NCBI GenBank assembly: GCA_963669285.2
Contig: CAXXSI010000019.1
Span: 78,780-142,779, forward strand
Length of the DNA: 64,000 nucleotides
Direction of reading: 5' to 3'
Origin: Rhizobiaceae bacterium
GTDB taxonomy: Bacteria; Pseudomonadota; Alphaproteobacteria; Rhizobiales; Rhizobiaceae
In this document: positions 1 through 10,231 of the stretch, one piece after another
Layout of the letters: each line of letters opens with the position of its first letter
Position numbering within the stretch: position 1 is the stretch's first letter
Notes under the pieces: model-generated
Seen by the model: only the letters and a program-made list of their open reading frames with translations
Told to the model about the DNA's origin: nothing
Database searches by the model: none
Made by a program: the position numbers and the translations under genes

Positions 1-1202
1 GGACGCCACCCGGTCATCGTGCCAACCGGCGCGGCGCGCGAAAACGCCAATCTGACAAGGCTTCCGCCGAGACGCGCATAGTGCTCAGCCAATACCGTTT
101 CCATCTGCAGCGTCACCGCATTGGCCACCAATTTGCCGCCTGTGCGTAAACTGGCGATCGCACCCTCCATGACGCCAAGATCACTCCCGCCGCCGCCAAT
201 AAAGATCGCGTCGGGTTGATCCAGGCCGTCCATGATTTCAGGCGCTCTGCCTTCGACAATTTTCAGGTCCGGAACCCCTAGCTTGTCGGCGTTGGAAGCA
301 ATCCGCAGCGCGCGCTCACGGTTTTGCTCAACAGCGATTGCGCGCAGGGAAGGATGTCTCAGCATCCATTCGATGGCGACGGAACCGGCGCCGGCGCCAA
401 TATCCCAAAGCAGCTGACCGCGCCGGGGCGCAAGTGCCGCTAAGGTAAGTGCGCGAATTTCATGCTTGGTGATCTGACCGTCGTGATCAAACTGGTCGTC
501 CGTGAGACCCGGAGTCAGTGGCACAGAGGACTGGCTTCCACCATTGTCCACTTCAACAGCGACCAGGTTTAGAGGATTGACCGATTGCAGATCAAAATCC
601 TCCGCGATGGAATTGGTAATGCGTTCGGCGTCGCCACCCAGAGATTCCAATACCCAGACCGAAGATTGTCCGTATCCCAGCGAAGTCAAATACTCGGAAA
701 GTTCAGACGGACCGGCTGCATCGGAGGTCAGCGCAAGCAGGCGCCGCCCCGGATGAAGAAATGGTCGAATGTGCGACAGGGCGCGGCCGTGCAATGAGAC
801 CGTCTCGATATCCGGCAGCGACCAACCCAAACGCGCCGCGGCAAGGCTGAATGCCGAAACGTGCGGTACAACGTGCATCTCTTGCACCGGCACATATTTT
901 GCCAGTGTTGCACCGACGCCGTGCATGAACGGATCTCCGGACGCAAGAACACAAACCGGTGACCTGCGCCGATCGCGCACTGCCGTCATGGCAGCGTCGA
1001 AAGGTGTGGGCCAGGGTTTCGATTCGCCCTTGATTAGCGACGAAGCCAGCGCGAGGTGTCGTTTGCCGCCAAAAACGGATTTCGCCTCTGAAATGAGAGA
1101 TTTTGCTTCTTCGCCTAATCCAGCAATACCGTCCTCGCCGATTCCAACGACGGATAGCCATTTTCCGGTTGTGGTGGCTGTGGTTTGATTATTAGAAGGC
1201 AT
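1..1202 (-). CDS. cobL: precorrin-6Y C5,15-methyltransferase (decarboxylating) CobL; C-terminus cut by window edge
   Basis: Minus-strand frame is open from ATG 1202 to position 1, so it is absent from the ORF track (no stop in window). My translation reads MPSNNQTTATTTGKWLSVVGIGEDG...LWDIGAGAGSVAIEW...GGKLVANAVTLQ, a CbiE-like plus CbiT-like fused methyltransferase. GGAAGG lies 5 nt upstream of the ATG. Confidence 0.85.
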   Translation of the reverse strand, partial: MPSNNQTTATTTGKWLSVVGIGEDGIAGLGEEAKSLISEAKSVFGGKRHLALASSLIKGESKPWPTPFDAAMTAVRDRRRSPVCVLASGDPFMHGVGATLAKYVPVQEMHVVPHVSAFSLAAARLGWSLPDIETVSLHGRALSHIRPFLHPGRRLLALTSDAAGPSELSEYLTSLGYGQSSVWVLESLGGDAERITNSIAEDFDLQSVNPLNLVAVEVDNGGSQSSVPLTPGLTDDQFDHDGQITKHEIRALTLAALAPRRGQLLWDIGAGAGSVAIEWMLRHPSLRAIAVEQNRERALRIASNADKLGVPDLKIVEGRAPEIMDGLDQPDAIFIGGGGSDLGVMEGAIASLRTGGKLVANAVTLQMETVLAEHYARLGGSLVRLAFSRAAPVGTMTGWR

Positions 1203-1971
1203 GATGACCTTCCGCATTCTCATTCTCGGCGGGACGACCGAGGCGCGCCGCCTTGCTGCCGCCGTTTCGCAAGATCAACGGTTTGAGGCGACCGTCACGC
1301 TGGCCGGTAGAACTGCAAACCCCATTCCGCACGCTACAGCGGTTCGCACCGGCGGTTTTGGCGGCTCCGCCGGTCTTGCGCGCTACCTGACGGATACTGC
1401 AATCGATGTACTGATCGATGCTACGCACCCCTTTGCGGCAAACATTTCGCAAAACGCCATTGCCGCTGCCAAGGACGCCGGCGTTCCTCTGATCGTGTTG
1501 CGGCGTCCCGAGTGGCAACCTGGGCCCGGCGACGTGTGGAATCACTACCCGGATATTTCCGCAGCGATTGCGGCACTGGGCCCGGTTCAGCGTCGTGTCT
1601 TTGTCACGCTCGGCCGCCAGGAGTTGGCGCCGCTGCTGTCTGCGCCGCAGCATTTCTATCTGGTTCGCAGCGTCGATCCGGTTGATCCGCCGCTTGCGAC
1701 AGACAATGTGAGCTACATTCTCGATCGCGGACCATTCGAGCTGGCTCACGAAGAGGCGTTGATGACAGAATATCGCATCGAAGCCATTGTCACCAAGAAC
1801 AGCGGCGGGACGGCGAGCAGCGCCAAGCTCGCTGCAGCGCGCAACTCGAAAATTCCGGTCTACATGATCGACCGGCCGGTGGGCGTTGATGACGCAGCGA
1901 TCGAAACTGTCGACCAGGCTATTGCGGTTCTCGATCATTGGGCGGTCTCGGCTGCAAAACGGGGCGTATAA
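1201..1971 (+). CDS. cobK: precorrin-6A reductase CobK
   Basis: 256-aa ORF MMTFRILILGGTTEARRLA...RTGGFGG...DATHPFA...VTKNSGG, typical CobK/CbiJ. It lies between cobL and cobJ. The start may be the second ATG (1204). Confidence 0.85.
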   Translation: MMTFRILILGGTTEARRLAAAVSQDQRFEATVTLAGRTANPIPHATAVRTGGFGGSAGLARYLTDTAIDVLIDATHPFAANISQNAIAAAKDAGVPLIVLRRPEWQPGPGDVWNHYPDISAAIAALGPVQRRVFVTLGRQELAPLLSAPQHFYLVRSVDPVDPPLATDNVSYILDRGPFELAHEEALMTEYRIEAIVTKNSGGTASSAKLAAARNSKIPVYMIDRPVGVDDAAIETVDQAIAVLDHWAVSAAKRGV

Positions 1972-2699
1972 ACGACCGGTGGCATTTCACCACGCTCGAT
2001 GATCCTGGTTTCGGCCGAGCCGACAATCACACAGGTCGCCATGTCGGCGTTGGCAGGATCTGCCTCGTGCAGCCGCTGGATCACGATACTCTCATCAGGC
2101 CGCCCGGCAGCGCGGCCAAATATGACCGGCGTTTCGGGATCGAGAATATGGCGCAGCCGTTTGAAGGCTTCACCCAGTTGCCATGGCCGGGCTCGGCTTG
2201 CCGGATTGTAGAGCGCAATGACGAGACCGGCGCCGGCGGCCGCCTCGATCCGGCGAACGACAAGATCCCATGGCTTGAGATTATCGGAAAGTGATATGGC
2301 GCAGAAATCATGACCCAGCGGCGCGCCGATGCGGGCGGCTACGGCCAGCATCGCGGTGATGCCGGGTATGATACTCAGCTCAACGCGCTGCCAGTTGCGT
2401 GGCCCTTGTTCCATTGCCTCGCAGATGGCGGCTGCCATTGCGAAAACACCTGGATCGCCGCCGGATATTACAGCGACGTTGGCACCGGAAGCCGCCATCT
2501 TGATCGCAGTGCGCGCGCGCGCCAGTTCCTCGCGATTGTCGGAGGCGTGGGCATTCTGGTCCGGTTTCAAAGATAGCCGATCGAGGTAAGGAGCATAGCC
2601 GAAGAAATCGGTCGATGCGGCGATTGCGCGCGAAGCCTCCGGTGTCAACTGGTCCGGATTACCCGGCCCTATTCCGATTACCGACAACCGACCGCTCAT
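1935..2699 (-). CDS. cobJ: precorrin-3B C17-methyltransferase CobJ
   Basis: ORF 1935..2714. Start moved to Met6 (MSGRLSVIGIGPGNPDQLT), which gives an ATGA overlap with the cobI stop. Tetrapyrrole-methylase motifs (GGDPGVF, IIPGITA). Confidence 0.9.
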   Translation of the reverse strand: MSGRLSVIGIGPGNPDQLTPEASRAIAASTDFFGYAPYLDRLSLKPDQNAHASDNREELARARTAIKMAASGANVAVISGGDPGVFAMAAAICEAMEQGPRNWQRVELSIIPGITAMLAVAARIGAPLGHDFCAISLSDNLKPWDLVVRRIEAAAGAGLVIALYNPASRARPWQLGEAFKRLRHILDPETPVIFGRAAGRPDESIVIQRLHEADPANADMATCVIVGSAETRIIERGEMPPVVYTPRFAAETAQ

Positions 2700-3433
2700 T
2701 GACAGGCCTCCCATCCGGGAACGAGAACGATCGAGAAATAGGGCGCATTGTCGTCGCGCTTATCCGCCAATGGTACGGAAATGCTGTTGTCCATGGTCCC
2801 TCGTTCGACATAGGTTGCCCGCGAAAGCCTGCCCGACCGCTCAAGCGCTCGGCGGATCTTGGCCAGGTTTCGCCCGACCTTCATGATGATGGCGGCCTCG
2901 GTGTCAGCCAGTCGTTCGGCTAGCTTGTCCTCGGGCATCGTTCCGGGAAGGACTGACATGACGTCGTCACCCTGGGCAATGGCCTTGCCGGCCTGTGACC
3001 AGCAACCTGACATTGCGGTAACGCCCGGTACGACGGCTACGGGAAACCTGTTTGCCAGCCGTACATGGATGTGCATGTAGGAGCCGTAGAACAACGGATC
3101 GCCTTCACTCAGGACCGCAACGGATCTTCCCGCTTCCAGATGACCGGCAATCTTGTCGGCCGACTGATCATAAAATCCGGTGATCTGGGTGCGATAGGCT
3201 TCACAGTGCTTGGGCAGTTCGGTGGTCACCGGATACAATAACGGTATTTCAGTCATTGCGTCCGGTATGTGTTCGGTGACAATGCGCCGGGCATTGCTGT
3301 CATTGCCCTTTTTGGCGAAATAGGCGAGCACGTCGGCATTGCGAATGGCCTTGACTGCCTTGAGCGTCAGAAGCTCCGGATCGCCGGGACCGGTGCCAAT
3401 ACCGATCAGTGTGCCTTTGGCTTCAACACTCAT
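2696..3433 (-). CDS. cobI: precorrin-2 C20-methyltransferase CobI
   Basis: ORF 2696..3511. Start moved to internal MSVEAKGTLIGIGTGPGDPELLTLKA, giving an ATGA overlap with the cobH stop. Tetrapyrrole methylase (EGDPLFYGS, VVPGVTA). Confidence 0.9.
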   Translation of the reverse strand: MSVEAKGTLIGIGTGPGDPELLTLKAVKAIRNADVLAYFAKKGNDSNARRIVTEHIPDAMTEIPLLYPVTTELPKHCEAYRTQITGFYDQSADKIAGHLEAGRSVAVLSEGDPLFYGSYMHIHVRLANRFPVAVVPGVTAMSGCWSQAGKAIAQGDDVMSVLPGTMPEDKLAERLADTEAAIIMKVGRNLAKIRRALERSGRLSRATYVERGTMDNSISVPLADKRDDNAPYFSIVLVPGWEACQ

Positions 3434-4065
3434 ATGCCTGGCCTTGCAATTGCGTTGACGGCTGCGGCGCACAATGCGCTGCCGCCCATGCGGCCCAGAA
3501 CGGTTGCCCACGGGATGCCATGGCGGTTTTGCGCCAACGCTTCCTTGGATTCCGCGGCGCCGACAAAACCCACCGGCATGCCGACAATTGCAGCGGGTTT
3601 GGGTGCGCCATCATCAAGCAGGTCAAGCAAATGAAACAACGCCGTTGGCGCATTGCCTATGGCGACCACGCTTCCCTGCAAGCGATCAAGCCACAACGAG
3701 ATCGCCGCCGCCGAACGGGTATTTCGCAGCTCGCCCGCAAGGCCGGGCGTGCGGGGATCGCGTAACGTGCAAACCACGTCATTTTCTGCCGGAAGCCGCG
3801 CTTTGGTTATGCCACGCGCAACCATTTCGGCATCGCAGAAGATCGGCGCGCCATCAATAAGCGCCTTGCGGGCCGTATCGGCAAAATCTGGAGAAAACCG
3901 GAAATTCTCGGCTGCATCCACGATACCGCAGGCGTGGATCATCCGGACCGCTATATCTGCCTCGGCGTCGGAAAACTGTGACAATTCTGCTTCGGAGCGG
4001 ATAATAGCGAACGATTTCTCGTAAATCGCCTGTCCGTCCTTGATGTAGTCATGTGTGAGCATCAT
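3430..4065 (-). CDS. cobH: precorrin-8X methylmutase CobH
   Basis: ORF 3430..4134. Start at MMLTHDYIKDG gives an ATGA overlap with the cobG stop. Motifs RMIHACG, VVAIGNAPTAL, GMPVGFVGA. Confidence 0.9.
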   Translation of the reverse strand: MMLTHDYIKDGQAIYEKSFAIIRSEAELSQFSDAEADIAVRMIHACGIVDAAENFRFSPDFADTARKALIDGAPIFCDAEMVARGITKARLPAENDVVCTLRDPRTPGLAGELRNTRSAAAISLWLDRLQGSVVAIGNAPTALFHLLDLLDDGAPKPAAIVGMPVGFVGAAESKEALAQNRHGIPWATVLGRMGGSALCAAAVNAIARPGI

Positions 4066-5387
4066 CGTTGATCCGTTTGAACCGGGGCAAGGTTGCACCA
4101 CTGATCTTGTTGGAATTCCTTTGCCGACATGCACCTGTCCGGTCTGCCGGAATAAAGTGCATCGAGGCGGTGTATGAATTCAGGAACTTCCGCCACCGGC
4201 ATATCGATCGCCGGATCATCGGTGGAATCCATTTCGTTGAGCAACTGGCAATGGCCGGGCTTACCGAGAATAGTCAGCCGCGGTCCTGACATATCGGCGC
4301 AGCGCTTACCGCAACCGGAAATGTGCAGGGTAAACGAGCCGTCGAGCAGAGATCCTGAACATGCGGCGATTTGGGAAGCCAGTTTCCGGGTTTCGATCTC
4401 GCCAGAGATACAAAATGGAAATCCGGCGCAGGTCGAGATTTCCAATCTCGGGTCATCCGGCTGAGTTACAAAACCGAGTTTGGCAGCCAGTTTCGTGATT
4501 TTTCCTGCTTCCAAATCTTGCAGACCATGGACGACCAATCCCTGCCGGGCACCGGGCGGGTTGTCGCGCCTTCGATCTTTTCCAACGAACACAACAATTC
4601 AATAATCTCGGTAGCATGCGCTGCTCCGAATGGAAGGCCGAAGCCGATTGCGCAGCGATTGTCCGACATATCGAAGCGGCCAATCGGTGCGTTGGTCTGA
4701 ATCCGCTTCGCGGTGGCGGAAATTGGCGGTCTGGTCAACTGCAGTTTCGCCAACTCGGCTCGAGCCAAATTGCGACCCACGGGCATCCGGTCCCAATTCC
4801 GCGATACAGGTAAGCAGCCTGATGGCGACTGAAGCCGCCGCCCCTTCATCAACCAATCCAACCGAGCGGGCGGTTTGTGCATCTCCGCCAACGGAGACCA
4901 GCCAGCTTTTAGGCCCGCCGGCTTCGATCGCTTGAAACCTGATATCGGCCTTGATCGCACCCAGTGACGATTGTCCGCCCCCATCCACAACGATCGAGGT
5001 CTTGGGCGCCAGCCCGGAACGAAGCTCGGGACTTAAAGTGCGTCGGATCGATTCCGCTATCGGCAGGGGATTTGCGATTGCGTCCGGATCAAGCCCGGCC
5101 AACGCATTCGTGGTGATCGGAAGCCCACCGACATCCAGATCGAGGTTGTCGACCTCAGATGAGAGCTTTTGTGCCGAAGCCTCAGTCAGCCCGCGAACTT
5201 GCAAGCTACCGCGCAGGGTAATCTCGACAATTCCGTTACCCAACCGATCTGAGATTTGAAGAAGGCTGATGAGCTTTGCCGGCTTGATATCTGGTACTTC
5301 GAAAACAAGACGCGCCAGCAGGCCGTCACCGGTTTGCATCGGTGCGGCGAGGCTAGGGCAGGCACCGCGTCTGCTGAAACCGCTCAT
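4062..5387 (-). pseudogene. cobG: precorrin-3B synthase CobG, reading frame interrupted twice (pseudogene or assembly indels)
   Basis: N-terminus lies in ORF 4599..5387 (MSGFSRRGACPSLAAPMQTGDGLL...). Middle homology appears only in another frame (ORF 4466..4990: IGRFDMSDNRCAIGFGLPFGAAHATEIIELL). C-terminus lies in ORF 4062..4592 (DPRLEISTCAGFPFCISG...HISGCGKRCA). The frame switches sit at G-runs 4776-4778 and 4540-4542. Total span of about 442 codons fits CobG. Confidence 0.8.
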
Positions 5388-8300
5388 GAGGCTGTCTCCA
5401 GTTTACTGGCCTGATTTGCCAGATCCTGCAGGTTGCGATCGACGGAATTTCTTAGCGGGTGCCAAAGTCCGCGGTCGATGGCCGATGAAAACCGCTTTGC
5501 CATGGCGCGTGCCGCGGCGGGATTTTCCCGCAGCAGAAAGTCCCGAACCTCGGGATCGCCGAGATAGGAATCATGCACCGCAGCAATCAAATGCCCGGGG
5601 ATGGCATGGGTGGTTTCGGCAAATCCGATCAATCGATCAACGGTTTCGGCAAATTCGGCTCCGCCGCGCGGACCATGGCGCATTTGGCCGGCAATGAATC
5701 GGGGATTGGTCGCCCGGGCGCGGACCACTCTTGTTACGGCCTCGGCCAGCGATCTTGCTCTGGGTTTGGCCGGGTCGGTGGTATCGAGGGCTACGACATC
5801 GGCTTTGCCACCGAGCGCTGCAATGGCTGCAGCAAAGCCGCCCACAAAAGCAACTTCCGCCGAACCTTCCAGGATATCGCGCCCGGGATCATCGCCGGTG
5901 TGAATCAGAAGTTCGGCATCGGCGACGCGTTGGGTAAACGCATCGGGCATCTCCCGGCCAAGGCCTTCCGCACCACCATAGGCAAACGAGGCACCTTCCA
6001 GATAGGCGCGGCCGATTTCCTTGCGGTCGCTCCATTGCCCGCTTTGAAGCATATCCTCAGTGCCGGTGCCGTAGGTGCCCGGCGATGACCCGAATATACG
6101 CGCCGGCATGCTTCCATCGCGCCTTCGAGCGGCGGCGAGCGGATTTTCGTCATTCTCCTCGTCCCGTGCCGCTACGGCGGCAACGGCGGTATCCATGAGA
6201 GCGATCTGGGTGGGAAACATGTCACGGAACAGGCCGGAGATACGCCATGTCACATCCACGCGCGGACGCCCCAATGAAGCAGGTGGCAGAACCTCAATAC
6301 CGGACACCCGGCCTGTAGCGGGATCCCACAGCGGCCTGCATCCCATTAGCGCCAAACCCTGGGCGATTTCCTCGCCGCCGGTCCTCAGACTGGCGCTTCC
6401 CCACAAGTCAATCAGCAATGAGCGTGGCCAATCACCGTGTTCCTGCATATGCCGTCGCAGAACCGCTTCGCTTGCCGCCTTACCCAGATCGTAGGCGGTC
6501 TGCGTAGGCATTGTGCGGGGATCGGATGCAAAGATGTTGCGGCCGGTCGGCAGTACATCGAGGCGCCCGCGAGCTGGTGCGCCGGACGGGCCGGGCGGGA
6601 TGTGTTTTCCGTCGAGCGCGTTGATCAATGCATTGTGTTCGCAGTCAGCGCTCCCGACGCGTGCCGGATCAGTTTCATTGACCTCGGTACGGCCATAGAT
6701 ATGCAGCCCGTCCTTGATGGCGAAATCTTTCAGATCGCAAAGCCATGAATCGATCTGCATCAGTGCCGAATCTGGATCGTCCACATTGTTGATACCGGCA
6801 TCGGCCGCCAAACCAGTTTTGGTTGCCGTTTCCACAATCAGCTTGGCCAACCGGTCTCGACGGCGCCGGTCCATGCCGTCGGCTTGTGCATATTCATCGA
6901 CCAGTCGCTCAAGATCCTGCTGTTCCGGCGTAAGTCCGGCGTCCGCCAATGGCGGCGGCAGGTGGCCGAGCGTTACGGCAGCGATACGACGTTTGGCTTG
7001 CGCGGCTTCACCGGGATTGCTGATGATGAACGGATAGATCACCGGCAGGCCACCGGTGACGATTTCGGGGAAGCAATTGGCGGATAATGCCACCGTCTTG
7101 CCGGGCAGCCATTCCAGGGTTCCATGCGCGCCAACGTGAACAATTGCCTGACATCCGCAATTCCGACGCAGCCAGAAACCGAAAGCGAGCAACTCGTGGC
7201 GCGGCGGCAACAGCGGATCGTGATAGTCGGCGCGCCGATCCTCGCTTCTGCCCCGGTCGGGGCGAGCGCCACCGTAACATTGCCGAAATGAACCGCGCGG
7301 AAGCAGTGGTCTTCTTCTGCCGGCCCTGCCCAACTTGAAACAACGGCCTCGCGAACATCAGATGACAACTGATTGAATTCGTTCAAATATTCAACGGCGC
7401 GATAGGTGATTTGGGGCTTCGACAGGCATTTGACGAGTTCGCGCGGAGATCGAGGAATATCTTCGACCGTGTAACCCGCCGCCTTCAGGTCTTGAAGCAT
7501 GGCAATGACACTTGCCGGAACATCCAGACCGACCGCGTAGCCGGTGCGCCCTTCCGCACCAGGATAATCCGGTAGCAGAATGGCGACATGACGCTCATTG
7601 CGGGGTGTATTGCGTAAACGCAGGAATGTTTCGATCCGGTCGACAACCTGCTCTATGCGGTCCGGCTCCGGACGGTTGACCTGCAATCTCAGACCAAGCT
7701 CGTCGGCTTCGGCGGGGGCATCCTTGAATGAAATGGCGCCGGCCAAAATGCGCCCATCAAGCTCCGGCAACACAACATGCATGGCAAGATCCGCCGGGGC
7801 CAGGCCCCGTTGACCATCAATCCAGGCCTCGCGCCGCGTCGTCGCTACGACAGCCTGAAACACCGGAATGCCGATCTGGTCAAACAAGGGAATCTTGGTT
7901 CCGGGCCGTCCGGCGGCAAATGCGGTTGTTGCAAGAATCGCTGCGGAATCCAGTTTCGCCGCTGTTTCGGCCACAAATTCAGCAACCGTTTCGTCCTTCA
8001 GGCTGGATACGAATATCGGAACCGGCGCGAAACCTCTTCGCTGCAACGTTTTGAACAGCTCGTCAATCGGCCTGACATCGCCGGCCATCAACATGGAGCG
8101 ATAAAACAATACCGGAATGACAGCCTTGCCGGATGTCGCGGCAAAGTTGTCAATTGGCACCACGCCGCTGTCTGGGTGGTAGAATCCGACCCGCTCGAAC
8201 GGACTGGCCGTGAGATCCCGGTCTGGATCCGCGGTCGGACTGGCAAGTCTTTTGAGCAGCGCGGTCATGTTGTCGGGCCCGCCTTCGCGAAAATAGGAAA

Positions 8301-8718
8301 GCAGGAGGACGAGTTCCTTTACCGGCAGCGTTGATTTCTCGATCAGGCGTTGATCGGATTCTCTGCATTCGCCGGGTAGCAAGGCGAGATGTATCCCCCG
8401 GCTTCGGGCAATTTCGGACAGGCGGTCGCAGCCATAAGACCACCAATCATATCCGCCGAGCAATCTGACGAGTATGATTTTGGCGTGCGAGGCGATCTTG
8501 TCGATCCAAATATCGACGCTCATTGGATGGCGCAGATCGCGGAGCGATGCCAGTCGCATGGACGGAAGTTCAGCCCTGCCGCGCTCCCAGGCGCCGGCCA
8601 GCGCCGCCAGATCGCTATCGGCGAACGACAACGCAACCATATCGGCCGGTTCCTGGCCGAGATCGACAGGCTCGATCAGATCATCGAGTGTCGCAGTACT
8701 GGTTGCGAGAATGTGCAC
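5384..8718 (-). pseudogene. cobN: cobaltochelatase large subunit CobN, one frameshift (pseudogene or assembly indel)
   Basis: ORFs 7039..8745 (N-terminal part) and 5384..7333 (C-terminal part) overlap. Homology passes between frames at C-run 7259-7262 (...FGNVTVALAP | DRGRSEDRRADYHDPLLPPRHELLAFGFW...). Probable GTG start at 8718 (VHILATSTATLDD); an ATG at 8745 is the alternative. Confidence 0.85.
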
Positions 8719-8722
8719 GGTT

Positions 8723-9760
8723 TCACGCCGCCAATTTGCGGGCAATCGTTTCGCGGTCGATGCCCTTGATCCCGATCACGACCAGGCGCGAACGGCGTGT
8801 TTCGCCCGGCATCCAGGCGCGATCGAAGTAATGGTCGATCCGCGCGCCGACAGCCTGAACCAGAAGCCGCATGGGCTTGCCCGGCACATCGATGAACCCT
8901 TTGATCCTGAGCACGTCTTCGTTTTCGGTAACCCGCTTCACACGTGCAATCAGATCGACGCCATCGACACCCTGATCCAGATCGACAACAAAACTGTCGA
9001 AATCATCATGTTCATGGTCCAACACATCATCATGATGGGTCTTGCGACCGTCTATCTCATCTTCGACGCCAATGCCCAGTCCAAGCAGGATCGCACCGTT
9101 TACGGCGCCGTTTGCCGCCGAAACGATCTTGACTGCGCGGTTGAGGCTTTTCGATACAGCGGCGTTTGCAGCGGCGGATTCCGTTTCGTCGAGTAGATCA
9201 CTTTTCGACATGATGATCAGATCCGCGCAGGCGATCTGGTCCTCGAACACTTCTTCAACGGGGTCGTCATGGTCGAGCGATTCGTCCTGTAAGCGCTGTG
9301 CGTGAAGGGCATCCATATCGTTTGCCACCCGTCCGTCGGCCAGAGCCCTGCCGTCGACTACCGCGACGACGCCATCGACCGTCACTCGATCCCTGATCTG
9401 GGGCCATTGAAAGGCTTGCACCAGGGGTTTTGGCAGCGCGAGGCCCGACGTTTCGATCAAGATATGATCAACCGGCGGCTGACTTGCCAATATCTGATCA
9501 AGCGCGGGCACAAAGTCGTCGGCGACCGTGCAGCAGATGCAGCCGTTTGCCAGTTCGACAACATTTTCCTCGCTGCATGATTCGATACCGCAGCCTTTCA
9601 GAATCTCACCGTCAATGCCGATATCGCCGAATTCGTTGACAATCACGGCGAGACGCCTGCCGTCGGCATTTTCGATGATGTTGCGAACCAATGTGGTCTT
9701 GCCGGCACCGAGAAAGCCGGTCACAACGGTGCAGGGGACGCGGGAAAGCGAACCAGTCAT
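8723..9760 (-). CDS. cobW: cobalamin biosynthesis GTPase/metallochaperone CobW
   Basis: ORF 8723..9820. Start at MTGSLSRVPCTVVTGFLGAGKTTL (P-loop), with the CICC motif and a His/Asp-rich stretch HHDDVLDHEHDD. ATGA overlap with the upstream gene's stop. Confidence 0.9.
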   Translation of the reverse strand: MTGSLSRVPCTVVTGFLGAGKTTLVRNIIENADGRRLAVIVNEFGDIGIDGEILKGCGIESCSEENVVELANGCICCTVADDFVPALDQILASQPPVDHILIETSGLALPKPLVQAFQWPQIRDRVTVDGVVAVVDGRALADGRVANDMDALHAQRLQDESLDHDDPVEEVFEDQIACADLIIMSKSDLLDETESAAANAAVSKSLNRAVKIVSAANGAVNGAILLGLGIGVEDEIDGRKTHHDDVLDHEHDDFDSFVVDLDQGVDGVDLIARVKRVTENEDVLRIKGFIDVPGKPMRLLVQAVGARIDHYFDRAWMPGETRRSRLVVIGIKGIDRETIARKLAA

Positions 9761-10194
9761 TTCGATTTTCCATTGAAGGGTTGAGGGGGAATTCTGGCGA
9801 TCATTCCGCGTTTCAGGCATTCGGGACGACCGCGCCAGGGTATCAATCCGTTCGCGGAATCGCGATACAGCCGCGCGCCCTCGACAAGGTCTTCAGCATC
9901 ATCGATACCAAGGTCGCCAAACACATAGGTCCAGCCATCCGGTTTGACCAATGCGGCGCTTATTCTGCGTTTGCAATTGGCAAGACACTCGACTTGTTCG
10001 ACCACCAATTGCTCTGCACAGGCTGCCCGGCGAACCATGTCGCCAAACAACAATCCGGGTCGCGGATGATCATCGGAATTAGCTTCGTCGCGGCATGAAC
10101 TGCAGACGATAATGGTTGTTGCATTTTTGGCTTGTTCCGACGGACTGTCCGTCGAACCGGCCTGGGCAACAGCGTTTTCTTTGGCAGCTGACAT
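9757..10194 (-). CDS. DUF1636-type Cys-rich metal-binding protein, first gene of the riboswitch-controlled cobW-cobN operon
   Basis: ORF 9757..10227. Start moved to MSAAKENAV (GGGAG 5 nt upstream). Cys motifs VCSSCR and ECLANCKR. I recognise it as the small thioredoxin/ferredoxin-like protein often found upstream of cobW. Confidence 0.7.
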   Translation of the reverse strand: MSAAKENAVAQAGSTDSPSEQAKNATTIIVCSSCRDEANSDDHPRPGLLFGDMVRRAACAEQLVVEQVECLANCKRRISAALVKPDGWTYVFGDLGIDDAEDLVEGARLYRDSANGLIPWRGRPECLKRGMIARIPPQPFNGKSK

Positions 10195-10231
10195 CTCTAC
10201 TCCCAACCCGGAAACCCGCCAGGCCAAACAG

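Noticed and set aside
4540-4778. Programmed ribosomal frameshifting or transcriptional slippage as an explanation for the cobG (and cobN, gdh) frame changes.
   Set aside because: There is no slippery X_XXY_YYZ heptamer and no downstream pseudoknot or SD stimulator. The runs are only 3-4 nt long, and CobG would need two opposite shifts. Indel error or mutation is simpler.
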